The position numbers were made by a program, and so were the translations under genes. DNA of 64,000 nt from Malacoraja senta (Eukaryota): contig CM075977.1 in NCBI GenBank assembly GCA_038087875.1, forward strand, positions 35,836,001 through 35,900,000, in the 5' to 3' direction. The notes under the pieces are model-generated. The model was not told where the DNA came from. It did no database searches and saw only the letters and a program-made list of their open reading frames with translations. This document shows positions 1-13,900 of this stretch, piece after piece. The first letter of the stretch is position 1, and each line of letters begins with the position of its first letter.

Positions 1-729
1 TTAAATAAAATTAAATTATGTTGTCAGTGATGGGTGCAATTCACATCATAAAAAAACCTGCAACGATTAGTCACATCTGTGTTTTTATTTTCTGCTCAAA
101 ACTTAGTGGGATATCACTTAATAGGCAAGTCCAATTTATGGAACGTCAGATCATTGTTCTAATGTTGATGATTTGTGTCAAATTTTCATGGGCACAGAGT
201 AAATGAGGCAACCAGAAAAAATCATTTTTTGTACACAGCAGTTATAACAAAAGCGAATTTTATCTTGCTTCAAACAGTGTTGGGGGATTTAGGCTGATTT
301 AAAAAAAATCTATTTTACAAAGTTTGTACATCACTTAAGGGTAATGGGAAGGTTGAAGAAAGAAATATGTAGTTGTGAAATGGAGCATATGTTTAATATC
401 GATAAGCGAATCAGTGAAACATGGTATGATTTTAATCGTTGATGCTTTGTTTCCTCTGATCTAAGTAGCTCTTTGGAACAGTTAGACAAGAATTCTATGA
501 AGCCCATCATGTTCACGTCCATGCATGTAAAAGAAGGATCTATTTGTTTTCCTCTCCCTTCTTCCCATTCTTGGTCATTAGTGCATAATGGTCGTTACGA
601 TGCTCAACAGGGACCTATCAATTATGCTGAGACTTTCTCCCTCCATTACCCATTTCTGACAGTGAGTCCTGGACTCTTGCACTCTTTTGGTGAATGTCCT
701 CCTCCAAAACTTTACGAATGAGCTTATAT

Positions 730-1200
730 GTGTGCCTTCCAGTATTGACCTCCCTGCTAAGGGAAATGGATCCTCATGTTCAGCTTGAGTAGATCTCTCA
801 TAACTTCATGCTGCTCAATTGAATCTCTCCTTAACCAACCTGGCGAGTTTCCCTGAATAGTTAAAAACAATGTTGTCTCAAATCCCTTTTGCACCTTCCC
901 CAATGGTAGTGTCTCTTCACCATGTAGAGAGGAAATACCTGTATTGAATGCTAACAGGTTTGTTTCTGTGATGTGGTGTATGTGGTGAATGTGATGTGTG
1001 ACGTGCCTAGTCTAATTGTGGCCTAAGTGGTATTTTAACAGCCCAACCTTGCATCTATTCCACAAGCAATTTAGGGTATGCACTCCTAATATTTAATCTT
1101 CCTGTTCTGCCATTTCAGGCATATTTGGTATACACTCCAAGATCCTACTGTTTCTTTTTGTTTTATAGTTTTCTACCGTTTCTTATATATTCCCTTAAAT
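730..1200 (-). mobile_element. Old degenerate CR1-like LINE 3' fragment
   Basis: Eroded versions of phrases found in the other minus-strand CR1 copies here (ctcataact.., aatctctcc, ttttgcacc, tgtggcctaa). Confidence 0.4.
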
Positions 1201-4200
1201 AAATATTATGTAATAAACAACGATTAAATAAAATGTTGTATCTCAGTTTTGGAAGTAATATTCCACTTCATATTAAGAAATTAGCCAATGAATGATGCTC
1301 CCATTTTAACCCCCAGCAGGTCATTTAATAAGTCACATTTAATAGTTTATTTTAAATTAGATAACACTTACATCAAGTTCCGTTCAAAAAGGATACTGCA
1401 GTGTTAAATACTCTCATTAACAGGTTCTATAGAAGGACATCATCATAAACCACAAACTCCTATTGCCAGTATTCTGTTTTTTCTTTGAAAATTGACAAGT
1501 TAGGAAAGAAAAAAACACATTTTTACCTTGAAAATCATATCCTGCATTTTTTTTATTTATTCCATATGACAAAATAGTAACCTAGACTAAGACATCCATT
1601 TCAGTCAGTAGATGTGTCAAGCCAACAAGGTTTAATAAAAATATTGGATATAGGTAACAATTCCCAAGTTGTTCAGGTTGGTTTCCCAGCCCCACATGGT
1701 ATCGCAGTATAAAAATAGTGTCTCTCTTCACCATGTAGAGAGGAACAACCAGCATCTGAATGCAAAAGGGTTCCGTCTACCTACTGCCCTATTTACATTG
1801 CTTTAGAAGTCTTAAGTTACAGATCCTTATGGATAGAACACTACATGGTACCAAATGCTATCATTTGGATAACAAAAAAATTCACACTGAAAATGACACA
1901 GATAAATAAAACATTCAACTGCTGAAAATACAGCAACGTTAAGCCACCTTACAACTTGTTTTGTTTCATTTTATTTATGCTCTTGAAAGGTTCCCATAAT
2001 CACCCACACTTAGTGCTAAAAAGGTGGAAGTACCACAGGATTGACTCATTGTTCTCACTGTAGGAACAAATCCCCTTGCAGTTAATACAATTTTAGAGGG
2101 GGCAAAACAGCTCTTCTACGATCGATCTTGACATTTCATGTTGGTTGATCATAACAAGATGGCAGAAACAACCAGTAAAGTGATTCTTTATAAAGGAGTC
2201 CTAAATTTCTTTCTTTTCCATGAGCAGATTGTCCCACTTTTGTCCATTCAATATACCTGCTGTGCAAACTCCACCACGTCTTTTGCCCAATTCATATTGC
2301 AATATCTCTTCAAAAACAGTTTCAAACAATTAGCAGTTTTTACACCACCATCCACCGTGCTTTCAATGCAAATAATAATGAGGTAGTACTGTACACGGAA
2401 CGGTTACTGTTAGTTCAAGTTTTGATTCAGCTCCACCATCCCAATTTGCTAGCTTACTTAATAATAATGCAGATTCAAAGCACTGTCAAACTCTTACTAT
2501 GGTGTACCATTAATAAACGATCACTTGTCATGTCACTCTTTTACCATTTGTTTCCAAAGTATGTCACGGCAAAGAGTAGCCAGGTTGAATGGCATTTCCA
2601 GCATTTTAAAGATTAAAAAAAGTTTACAACACTTTTATTAGATTCAGAAGATCGGCCTGCTTATCATACATATAATACTTGCCTTTATATTATGGAAATT
2701 TTGTTCAACCTTAAATTTGCTGGGTTTAAGAAGGTCAAAGTCCTCTTTTACTCATCTCAGCCATATGATAAGGTGCAAGGTAATTAATTAATCCCAGCTT
2801 CATTTCAGAATTAACTCAGTGTGAAAATCCTCCAGTTGATAATTTGATGAAATGCAAAAAGCAATTCCCCACGTTGATAATATTCAGTAAAACTGTTCAG
2901 AGGAGGAGGTTCACACTCCTAAAGAGCGAGTGGCAAGAAGGTCAGACCTACAACAATATCAAGAGAACCTTCAGAAACAAAAAAGGTTACTCATTTTGCT
3001 TCATTTTCAGGTCTGCATTTTCTTCCTTCTGTTGTGTTATGCAACAAAATTAAGACTCACAAAGAATGGGGTGGTATCATCTTGTTCGAGGAAGAACATC
3101 TTGTCAATCAGAATAATAGATTAGTACATAAGCGAAGATGTGCTCTGCTCCATGAGTTGAGAACATGTTTATAACGGTCTTCACTCTCACCTCTCTGTGC
3201 ACATGGCTAACAGTTACTTCACGACAAATGGGCACATCTATTCCAGGCATTGCTGCAGGTAACCTAGCAGTACTTCAGAGTTGGGAGCTACTGCCAACAA
3301 TTGAAGCGGACAAATACATGTGATGTGCATTTTCACAGCACTTCGGTCACGCTTTGCAGCAAACTTTTCAGATGTGGAATTACAATTATAATCAAGAAGA
3401 GGGTTCCAGTTGAAGGAAATCCTGACTTAACAAGTTTAATGGAATTGAAACAAGACTTTCTTCTCTAACTTGCAGTAAATAATGGCATGTACATAGCGGG
3501 AGTATGGCTGGATGGGGAGGGTGTTTTAAAGTCTCTTCATGAGCTCTTTTCTTATTCATCCTATGCAAAAGCTCCATGAAGTGTGCAAAATATAAGCGAC
3601 TCTGAAAGCATGGGGCAGAAAACTTGTGCTCCAGTGTACAAATGCCCCTCATCTAGGTCACTATAAAAATGGAGCAAAGCCAGATTCATACTGGCATGTG
3701 AAATAAAAGAAAATCTCTTTGCGCCTCACATCTTGGCATCTGTTTTACTGAAAACAATGGAAACAGGACAATAAAAGTTGAGCCTGCCAGATCCAGAGTA
3801 ACTTTCCCATGAGCTGCAGCATGTAAAAGTTATTTTTCATTAGAGAAAATAACAATAAAAGATTTCATGTTGACACCTACTTTAGGGGACAAATAAAATG
3901 GTCAATTTCTAACCAATTAAACAAAATTGGACTCTGGTGGTTTCAGTTTCCTTTCTGCAGCTTTAACACACCCATTAACACGTTTGCATAAATTCCTGTC
4001 CATGCCATTTTAATGTGGACTCTAAGCCATTCAAAATAATTGAGCTTTGCTAAAAGTGCTCAGACTGAATTTTGTTTCCAGAATATGTTAATTGTACGAA
4101 AAAAAGTTTTGAATGAATCTGAGGATTATTGTCTTTACATGTATGTTATGTATGTTTTGACCTATTTGAAGTTCAATAGCACCATGCACATCCTCAAGAC

Positions 4201-4639
4201 ACAAAATTGCATGCCATTTAATAACCTTTATTAGTGTGCTGAGTTGGGCTAGTAATTAGTATGTACCAGCTGATCAGTTGAATATTAATAATTAATAGAG
4301 AGTAACAGGCACAAAGTTTGGGAGAGGAAGGGTAGTTTGTTGGGAAATAAGGTTGTCATGAGGTCTGTGAAAATAATGCTTTAACACAACATGTTTAAAT
4401 GAAATTAAAATTATTTCCTGGGCGGAGATACCTTATTTTATAAAATTCCTACTTGTTGTCAGTACAATACAGTATCTCAAAATACTGTGAAATCTGGTGT
4501 AGATGTCTATTTTTGAGTAATTTTGAAAGGGTGTGCATGTAAAGATGACTTGGACACCGGTGCAACTTATACACTGGATCTTATGGTAACTGAAGTTGGA
4601 AGTGAATGCATCTAGAGCAAGTCACATGCTAAGGTTTAA

Positions 4640-5656
4640 AAAATGTTATTTAATGGAGATTTTACTTCCTCACACAAAACTTTATCCTCTTTAATCTGAA
4701 ATACATCTCTGACTTAAAAGGGATAGATAGCAGCTTCAAAAACATTTAATTTGTTCTCATTCCCACTGCCCACCCCTCAAAAAAGCAGTTACAATAGCAA
4801 TTGCTTGCATTTGGGGAAAAAATGACAGGTTTGCAAACTCGTATTCTTCCTAAAGATGAGAAGAGACTTCCAGACTTCACCAAAGTATCTGGGTTCAATT
4901 TAAATTACTATGGTTCTTACAAAGCTGTCAGTAACAGACCCTTAATTTTTTTGTCTGAGAAACATGTATTCGTTTGTATATAACTCTGCATATATTTATG
5001 CAAATGACAAAAAAATGACCGTGGGACTGGATACTGTTTCTGACCCGCATAATCTTGACATCATAAATAGTACAGATGAACACATTTATCATAGAACACA
5101 CCTCTGGGGACACAAAAATCACCTTTTTTTTTAAACAGAGCAGGACATCTTCAAAGAAAAAATATATAATTTCAAGTTTCTACTTCATGTGAAGACAATT
5201 AGCACACTTGTCCATCCATACTCCAGTCAGTTTATGCTTTCCAGGCCCTTTAGCAGTTCACTCTCAGAACCATTGTCAAGGAACTAAGTTAGAACCCTGG
5301 CCTCTCCCCGTTTCCAACCCACAGTTTGTCCTTTTACTGTAACCTAGGTCCTATTAATTTTCTGAATGTACAATTTTTCTAAAAAAAATGTGAAGTACTT
5401 TTCGGTAAAATTTACTATTGAAACAAGTAGTACCATGCAAATCTTGCAAGACAACTCAAACCATAACCAGAATATGAAACTTTCGTGATTCTGGCTATGA
5501 GTAAAGGAGCAAGAAAAACACAACAACTGAGTATTTGGAGTTGAAGTCATATCTTAACAACTATTGAAGGTATGCTCCAAAAACTGTACACAATATAGTA
5601 CAAGATTCCAATGGTAAAATGGTTCATTTGTTACTTGTGTTTGAGAGTGCCATGTT
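4640..5656 (-). other. Probable proximal SALL3 3' UTR (true 3' end not determinable, may extend further)
   Basis: Repeat-free, U-rich on the sense strand directly after the stop; ATTAAA candidates near 4745 and 4650, AATAAA near 4227 and 2634. Confidence 0.45.
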
Positions 5657-6088
5657 TTAGTTAATGCCAATTTCTTTGCCATCTTCGATAAATCTAGCGA
5701 ATGGGCGACTTGCACCTCCTTCTGTGCTTTGTTTCTCCAGACTAGCAACAGGTGGACTGCTCCCTGTATGAACCCTGTCCATTCCGCTGGCCAGACTAGT
5801 GAAAGCTGGGATACTGCTGGCTCCTAGGCTAACAGGGAGCTGAGGGATGCCTCCATTCTGTATAACAGAAATCTCGTTATTTTTCATGGCTAGGCCATTC
5901 GTGATGGCCGCAGCGTATTGGTTCCAGAATGTTGCGTCAACATTCATTGCCCGAGCTGCCAAGTCCTTTTGAAACATCTCTGAGAACTTCACAGCATCAC
6001 CGCCTAGTAAAGCCATTGGGTTCTCTACTGACAAACGACGTCCTCGTCTTGCTGGAGAGTTATTCCACATATGGGTTCCCATGTGAAC
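5657..6088 (-). CDS. SALL3: SALL3 coding exon 3 (end of last finger, C-terminus)
   Basis: Acceptor gtttctcgttag|GTTCACATG in phase 0 completes the finger GNLK|VHMGTHMW; contains [19 protein letters not shown]; TAA stop at 5659-5657. Confidence 0.95.
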   Translation of the reverse strand, partial: VHMGTHMWNNSPARRGRRLSVENPMALLGGDAVKFSEMFQKDLAARAMNVDATFWNQYAAAITNGLAMKNNEISVIQNGGIPQLPVSLGASSIPAFTSLASGMDRVHTGSSPPVASLEKQSTEGGASRPFARFIEDGKEIGIN

Positions 6089-8039
6089 CTAACGAGAAAC
6101 ATAAAATAGTAACAAAAAGAAAATGTACTATTAAATAGAATACAGTTTTCAAACAGGACACACTTTTGATATGCAATCACCCCATTATGACCGTCTGTAC
6201 AGATTCCTTCTGAACTGGAGAAGCTGATAATAGTGATGGACAGCAAATGCAACTCTGAAATACAACCACAGGATGCAGGAAATGTGGAGCAGGGTTGTTG
6301 AGTATCCGAAAGGGGAGCGGCTTATAATTTGGATGTGACCTTTATCAAAACAGTAATTAAGCATTCTTTGCCAGCGACAAATCAACCTGTTCAACATTTT
6401 CAGCAGCTTGTCTGTTCATTTCAAGTTTCAAGCTTTCATTAACTTTGGCTTTGGTTGCAATGTCTCACATTATTTATGCTGGTCATGGCCATTACAAATG
6501 CATCAAGTTGAACATGTGAAACACAATTACAGTTCACTCCACTGAGCTGAAAGTTTATAATTTAAGATCTGGCAATTTTTTTTCAAGTAATGTTTTCATC
6601 TTTTTATTTGTGCTACTTCATGTCAATTGCTGACTTGTTTGAAAAGAAATTGCATTCACATGAATTCAAAAATTCCAAAGTGATTTGTGGAGGCTAATCA
6701 AACAATATGAACACAGAGAAAAGGGAAAAATGAGAACTAGGAAAATCAACAAAAGGTTTGGCCAGAGGGGTTGATGAGATTTAAAATAATGATTTGAGTC
6801 CCCACACTGTTAAATGTGGCTCCTTCAATGTCTTGATGGATGTAAAGCCAAGTGTCATCAATATAGGTGAACAGAACATAATCTCACACCAGGAAAGGGG
6901 GTATTATTTCAGATTTGCAACTTGCCACTTGAATATAAATCTTGTGCATCACTTGGCTGCCTCTTACATAAACTGCTCAGTTCATGTTTCGCAATAGAGG
7001 GGAAAAACAATTTTTCTTTTTTTTTTAAGCGAAAGTTAGCTCTCATAGCAATGGCCAAATGCCAAGCTAGTTTTACTCCTGTACTGTAAATTATAAATCT
7101 ATTCTGGCATGTGTTGAGGAGGAAGAGGACGATTAACAATAGATGCTTGTAGGATTCAGGAGACTGGAGTGTGGGGGTTGAATGAAACCTCACTGCTGGA
7201 CACAATGGGAACAATCAGGAAGGTAACGTTAAATAATGTCAGTGCCACAATTTGTATCGAGTGGACAAAAACACTAAACTATGAGCAGTAGACTATGTTT
7301 AATTCTATACACCAATAAATCATTATTGTTTTCAATCCCTTCTATGGCTTTTCCACTCTCTGCTTCCAAAACATCCTCTGCTCTACCAGCCTTTGAGACC
7401 ATTGCACTCTATCAGTTTTGCATGCTTGCCTGCCATGTTTTATCATTGGCTTCAAAATGTGGACTTGAACTGAGAAGCTTCATTCGGCCCAGCTCTGCAA
7501 GACTAATTTTTACTGAATCACAGATTTACTATGGCACAGAGGAGACAGTTGAGCTCATTGAGTTCATAGAATCTGTGAACAGAGCAATTAAATCAATTTC
7601 CCCTTCTTTCCTCAAAACTAGCAAATGGTTTCCTGTGCTGCCTATCCAGTGAATTCTAGATTAGGATCACTCTCTGAGTAAAATATGTTTGGGGAATTAT
7701 GTGATCGAGATAAAGACAACGAAGGCTATAATTGCTCTAAATCCCAGCACTGCCACACCTGAAACCTCTCGAGTTCCCTTTCCTCATTCAAAATCTGTTT
7801 TATCAAGTAATTTTTGGTCACCACTCTCTATCTCCTTTTGTGGCTCATTGGTTTTCCGAAGAGGAAAATATGTCAGTCAATAGTTCTTTTAGTTCTAAGA
7901 TTTTATTCAATGTTATTAGAGCACATTTCAATGGTGTGGCCAAACACAGGGATGGATGTAGAGCTAAGTGTCACCAATGGAGAGAATTAGGACCATCCAA
8001 CACCAGGAAAGGATAATTATCACAGCAGGTTTATTATTT

Positions 8040-8990
8040 GTGAATATAATTGACTTGGAGGTAAATGTGGATGGGTTGACTAGTATATTTGCAGATACCA
8101 AAATTGATGGAGATGAGGACAGTGAGGAAGGATGTCAAATGATTCAGCGGGGATCAGCTATGATCAACTACATGACAGCTATGTGATCAGCTATGTGTGA
8201 CAGAAATGGGGGGAGAAATGGTAGGTCGAGTTTAATCCAAATAAATGTGAAGTGTTACACTTTGTGAGATCAAATATAGAAAAAATATACAGTTAACAGC
8301 AAGACATTTAACAGCATTGATGTATGGAGGGATCTTGGGGGTCCACATTCATAGTTCCTTGAAAATGCGACACAAATATGTAAAGTGGTAAAGAAAGCAT
8401 ATGGCATGCTTGCCTTAATCAGTCGGGGCATTGAGTACAAGAGTCAGAAAGTCATGCTGCAGCTTCATAAAAGTTTGGTTAGACTGCATGTAGAGTATAG
8501 TGTGGATTCTGGTCAGCCTACTGCAGGAAGGATGAGGAGGCTTTGGAGAGGGTGCAGAAGAGGTTTACCGGAATGCTGCCTGGATTAGAGCGAATTAGCT
8601 ATAGGGAGAGATCAGATAAACTTTGATTGTATTCTCTGGAGCATCAGCGGTTGAGGGGAGATCTGATGGAATATATAAAATTATGAGAGGCATAGATACG
8701 GTAGACAGAACCTTTTTCTTAGGTCAGAGGGGGATAGTTTAAAGGAGACACATGAGGCTTTTTTTACACACACATACACACACACACACAGTGGTGGGTG
8801 TCTGGATTGCGTTTCCAGGTATGGTGGTGGAAGCCGATAATGATAGTGGTGTTCAAGAGGCTTTTAGATAGGCATATGGATATGCAGGGAATGGAGGGTT
8901 GTAGATCAAGGCAGGCAGAGAAGATTAGTTTAACTTGGCATCATGTTCAGCACAGATGTTCCTGTAGTCTACTGTTCCATGTGCTATGAA
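8040..8990 (+). mobile_element. CR1 (HER1-like) LINE 3' fragment
   Basis: RT remnant FAD.TK near 8090, VKKAYGMLALISRGIEYKS..VMLQL, typical CR1 3' tail; frameshifted. Confidence 0.85.
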
Positions 8991-10254
8991 TATTATAGCT
9001 GTTTTGATGCATGTTACAGAACATAGAACAGCCTTGATTTACATTTCCAAAGTGAAATATTCCTGTGAAACACCTTAATGTTAAAAGCCACCATATAAAT
9101 GCATGTTAATGCGGGAATTCAGCACATACCATGTGGTGACCTATTTTTTGTGTTTTTCCATCCAGCATCTTCTCAAACTAGATTCTGTGACTTTACCGAT
9201 ACTTTTCTCATGACACGTTGAGATCACTTTACACATGGTTAAATTATTCTTGCTTCTGAGTTTGAGTTGTGCTTAAGCAGTTTGTGATCTTCAGGCCACA
9301 AAGTCTGCTTATTGGTAAGCACACATGGCTAAAGCGCACTCAGAATACAATTGCCATATGACCAAAGAGAGCTGCATTTTGAATGCACTGCTTAGTTTTA
9401 CTTTGCAGTCTAGATGTTTTTGCAGGTTTAGAGATGTATGTAATTTGAAGTGCGCTGTCGGTAGATACTGCCACATCATTTGAATAAATTCAAAAGATAG
9501 ATTAATAGAGAAAAAAAATGGTCCGAGAAAACTCTAATTTATTTTTAACAGGTTTGAATCACTGAGTTGGGTCTCTATTTTTGGAATTTTTTAAGGCATG
9601 ATTTCTCATTTATAAATCAATTATTGTTCCTCTGTACTGAAATGTTTTAAAATACATTCATGTTATCATTCATGTTATCAAATCGCTGTATTGATTTTGC
9701 TCAGCATAATTCATCATTCATAGTGTTAGCTACAGAATTCTTGCTGGTCTGAATCTGGACTTAGACTTTAAACAATCATATTCTTTTCAGTTTATTGAAA
9801 AATAATTTCTACTGAATACAGGACACTTTGGACTTTCAACACGGATGTCTTTGGACACTGATTTTCTTTCAAAGGAGGTTCTCTGGTTTTGATTGGGTTA
9901 CCAAGAGCGATGGCAGAGTGGCAATGTCTTATAGTTGTAAGGTTAAGCATGGAATGACACTGAAAATGGAGATGAGGAAAATTACATATCTCAGCAAATT
10001 AGCAGGTCTGAATCCAGAGGCTTTGGAGAGAGAACATTCTGAAAGTATATTTGTCATCATATTTACATTTAGAAAATAATGCATTCTTACCATGTCTTAT
10101 TCTAATCAGCACAGATGTTTTGGAATGCTGAAGCTTAGAATCTCATAACTTTGGAAGAAACCAGGTTTCCCATGCAAATTGAATATGTAAAAAAACTTCT
10201 GGTAAAGCTATTATGACAGGCATGCTGAGAAAACCTCTGCCAATTATGCTTCTG

Positions 10255-10925
10255 CTCATTTGGAGTGTTGTGTGCAGTTCTGGTTACCCCATTACAAGAA
10301 GGATATGGAGGCTTTGGAGAGGGTGCAGAAGAGGTTTATCAGAATGCTGCCTAGATTAGCAAAAAGGAGAGATTGGACAAACATGGATTGTTTTCTCTGG
10401 AGTGTTGGAAACTGAGGTGAGATCCAATAGGATAATATAAATTATGATACGCATATATTGGATAGATACTCAGAACTCTTTTCTTAGGGTGGAAATAGAA
10501 CACAGAGCAGTACAGCACAGGAATGGGCCCTTCTCCCATAATATTTGTGCCAAACATGATGCCTAACTGAACTGATTTCTTCTGCATGCACATGATCCAT
10601 ATACCTCTATTCCCTGCATTTCCATGTGCCTTTACACAAGTCAAAAACAAGGCATAGCTTTAAGATGAAAGGGGCAAAGTTTAAAAGAGATGTGCGGGGC
10701 TTTATTACACAGAGAATGGTGGGTGCCTGGAACACCTGCTCGGGTGTTGCGGGTGATGCAGGCAGATACAATAGTGTCATTTAAGGGGCTTTTAAATAGG
10801 AACATTGATATGCAGGAAATGGAGGGATATGAGTCACCTGCAGTTTAGTTTAGCTTAACTTGGCATCATGTTTGGGATGGACATTGTGGGCCAAAGAGCC
10901 TATTCCTGTTGTGTTCTGTGTTCAA
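10255..10925 (+). mobile_element. CR1 LINE 3' fragment containing an inverted tail of the same family (about 10498-10640)
   Basis: Similar to the 8480-8990 copy (gtgcagttctggt.., gctttggagagggtgcagaagaggttta); the inner segment is the reverse complement of its own tail. Confidence 0.8.
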
Positions 10926-13900
10926 TGTTAATTGATTATTTTGACTGTTGTTGGGTAAATGAGGAAGATGAAGGAGATGTTTTGTGCCACACAAGTTCCC
11001 ACAAACACCAGTGAGATGCAATTCATGTGCTCTGGTAACTTTTATTTGAACTAGAACAAGTCCTCGGTTTAAAACCCCCAATATGTAGAAAATTAGAATC
11101 AAGGACAATTGACATGTCAAGCTTTGACAGAATACTGAAAGACAGAAATGGTATCTGTTGTTCAGAAATTCATTGGTAATCTTGAATGCATTACATAGTA
11201 ACTGTGTTGCGCTAGACTCGACTTTTAAAATTCAGTCCCATTGAATTAAGTGGAACTGAATTTGAAACTCTCAGCATGGATATCACTACTTTATAGCACG
11301 TTAAGCATTACCAACCAGAACCAAATGTCTAAAAATATAATAATCGGGTTTTAACAAGGTAATCACAAATGTAGATATATATAAATGAACAAATTTAATA
11401 TCATTCTATTGAACTGGTTTGTGCAATTGTTTTAACCTTTGCAGGTGTGGCCGGTCAAAGCTTTAAGTGTACATTCAAAGTGTGCATTAACTGTGAAGTG
11501 AGAAGCAACAATTATAATTTAAGCTCTCAGCTAATATTTGCTGCCACCAATGTCTGGGAAATTTGATTCTGCAAATTAAATAGCAACAACAGAAACTATG
11601 AAGCTAATCGCTGTTATTTCAAAGGAACACTGCACATCAACATAAAATATTTTAGACTGCAGTGTGATGTGGTATGCAGAATGGAATCATGTTGAAGGAG
11701 GAAATTCTATTGGTGAAGAGGGTGCTTCCTTCAAAAATATGTTATGTAGCTGAGAGTGTGAGGGAAGAACCTAGGTTGATAGACTAAAGTGAAATGAGAG
11801 ATCAACTCTGGGTCTCCCATTTTTTATCCTTATTTATTAACCCTTATGGGATGGGATGGACGTAGATGTCAAGTGATGGGTTCTTCATTGTATTAATGCT
11901 ATAATTACATGAACTGGTGGTATTACATCTCACGGTTTGTCAATGAAAAAATGTTGACATAACCTATTACAATTTGATATTTTTACCTCTGATTAACATT
12001 AACAGTGGGGGGAGCTTAAATTGTGCACATGGTTATCTGCAGAATATCTGGGGTATAATATGTACTCGGTTGTCTGTGATGCTTATGGGAGCATCAGTTA
12101 GTTGTTCCCTTAACTCCCATTTGGTCCCATTGACCTGAAATAACTGACAATCAGAGATGAACCATTTGCATCCCTCCTCCTACTGCTAATATCAATCATG
12201 AGTGTAAGTAAAGCAAAATAACAAATAAGTTACATTACCATTTTACATTGTGATACCTGAAGACTCAGTGCCAGCCATCTAATTAATTACAGGCAACCCC
12301 CAGGTAATGAATAGTTTTTTACCAATGTCCCTAAGTCATTTTTGTCCATAAATCGGAAAATACAAAAAAAATATTTGATACAGTTATTTGATTATCTCCA
12401 TCGGAGTGTAATGAATAGCATCAAAAGCAGATTGGATTAATAAGAAGGAACAGTTATTGAAAGTGGAGAGGGAGAGGAATCTAGTTTCTGCCATTTGTAA
12501 GATATTGGACTTTTAAATTTAATTTGTTATGGAACTTTGTTTTTAAACGTCTGCAAGTCCAATGTTCATAACCCAGCGATGACCTGTATAGGATTATAAA
12601 ATATGGGAAAAGCTTAGCAGGTCAGAAATCGTCTGTGGAAAGAGATACAGTTAATGTTTAAGTCGAAAGTCCTTCATCAAATTGAGTAAGTTTTGCTGCC
12701 CGATCTGCTGAGTTTCTGTTTGTATTTCAGATGTCAAGCATCTGAAGGTTTCATCATTCTCTCTAACTATGGGATCAGTATTGACAAGAGAGTCGCCAGT
12801 CACTTGACATCCATATCTACACTATCCAATATGGGTTCCTGAAGAAGGACAAGAATGGGAGTGCTTGCAGTGCAGGGAATCAAAAGGTGTGTTAGTTATG
12901 GAATCTTATTGTTATTCCTCCATTTATATGATACTGTTGATCTCCTTGTCAGCTATACCTATGCTATCAATACTTTCATGTCCAAAGAGATATAAGCTGT
13001 GAACATGTTCTTGCATAGTCGTTGCCCCCTTTATATTCACATAAATACAAATAAAAATAAATGCCACCAAGGACGTCCAGAAATTGTAAAGAAAAATGCT
13101 TCAATAAAATTATTTTCCATCCATCTTTAGTATGATGAAGTTATAACTATGAATCTCTTCAAGGAAGAACTAATTAAGGAATTCAAATCTTTTTCTAATT
13201 GTGATCATATTGTACATGATTCTGTGGAAGTTACAATGATATCTAATGATTTTGGACATAAGTAATGAGAAAATTTAATTCACAAAATAAATTGCTGTGA
13301 TTAACTGCAACTTTCATTCTGGCAAGAGAAATTCCACAATGTTAATTTGTTTGCAAATATTAACAGTGATAATAAAAAGAGACTTTACACTTATGCGAAT
13401 GTTGTGTTTAAACAGTGTAACAGTATGCTAACAAGAAATCAGGATCTGATGATGTTTCCCTCGGCTTCTCATGATTAATTTGCCCTTCTAATAAACATGA
13501 CAGCAGCACGTCATTAACAACCAACCTATGCATTGTAATTCTTGCCATTCCAATCTTTTTATCCCTGAACATTCAAAGAAAAGTATTAATCATAGTTGTC
13601 GTTCATTCTTCTTTCTCCAGACACTTTGGTTTCAACTGGGATAAAAACAGAGGGCAGATGGAAAGATGTCCTTAGTCACTTGTGACACAATAATATCTGC
13701 AGTTGTACACCATTTATGAAATTTGGCTCCAATGATTCCAATGCAGTGTCTACTCAATTAGTGCAAACTGCTAAATATGAATTTCTATTCCTTGGCACCT
13801 TATCATTATGAAATCGTAACTGAGATGGGCAGAGAAAATAAACAGGCCCTCAGCTGTCATTGGCCAACATTGAATCTCCCATTACAAATGACCTAAATTG

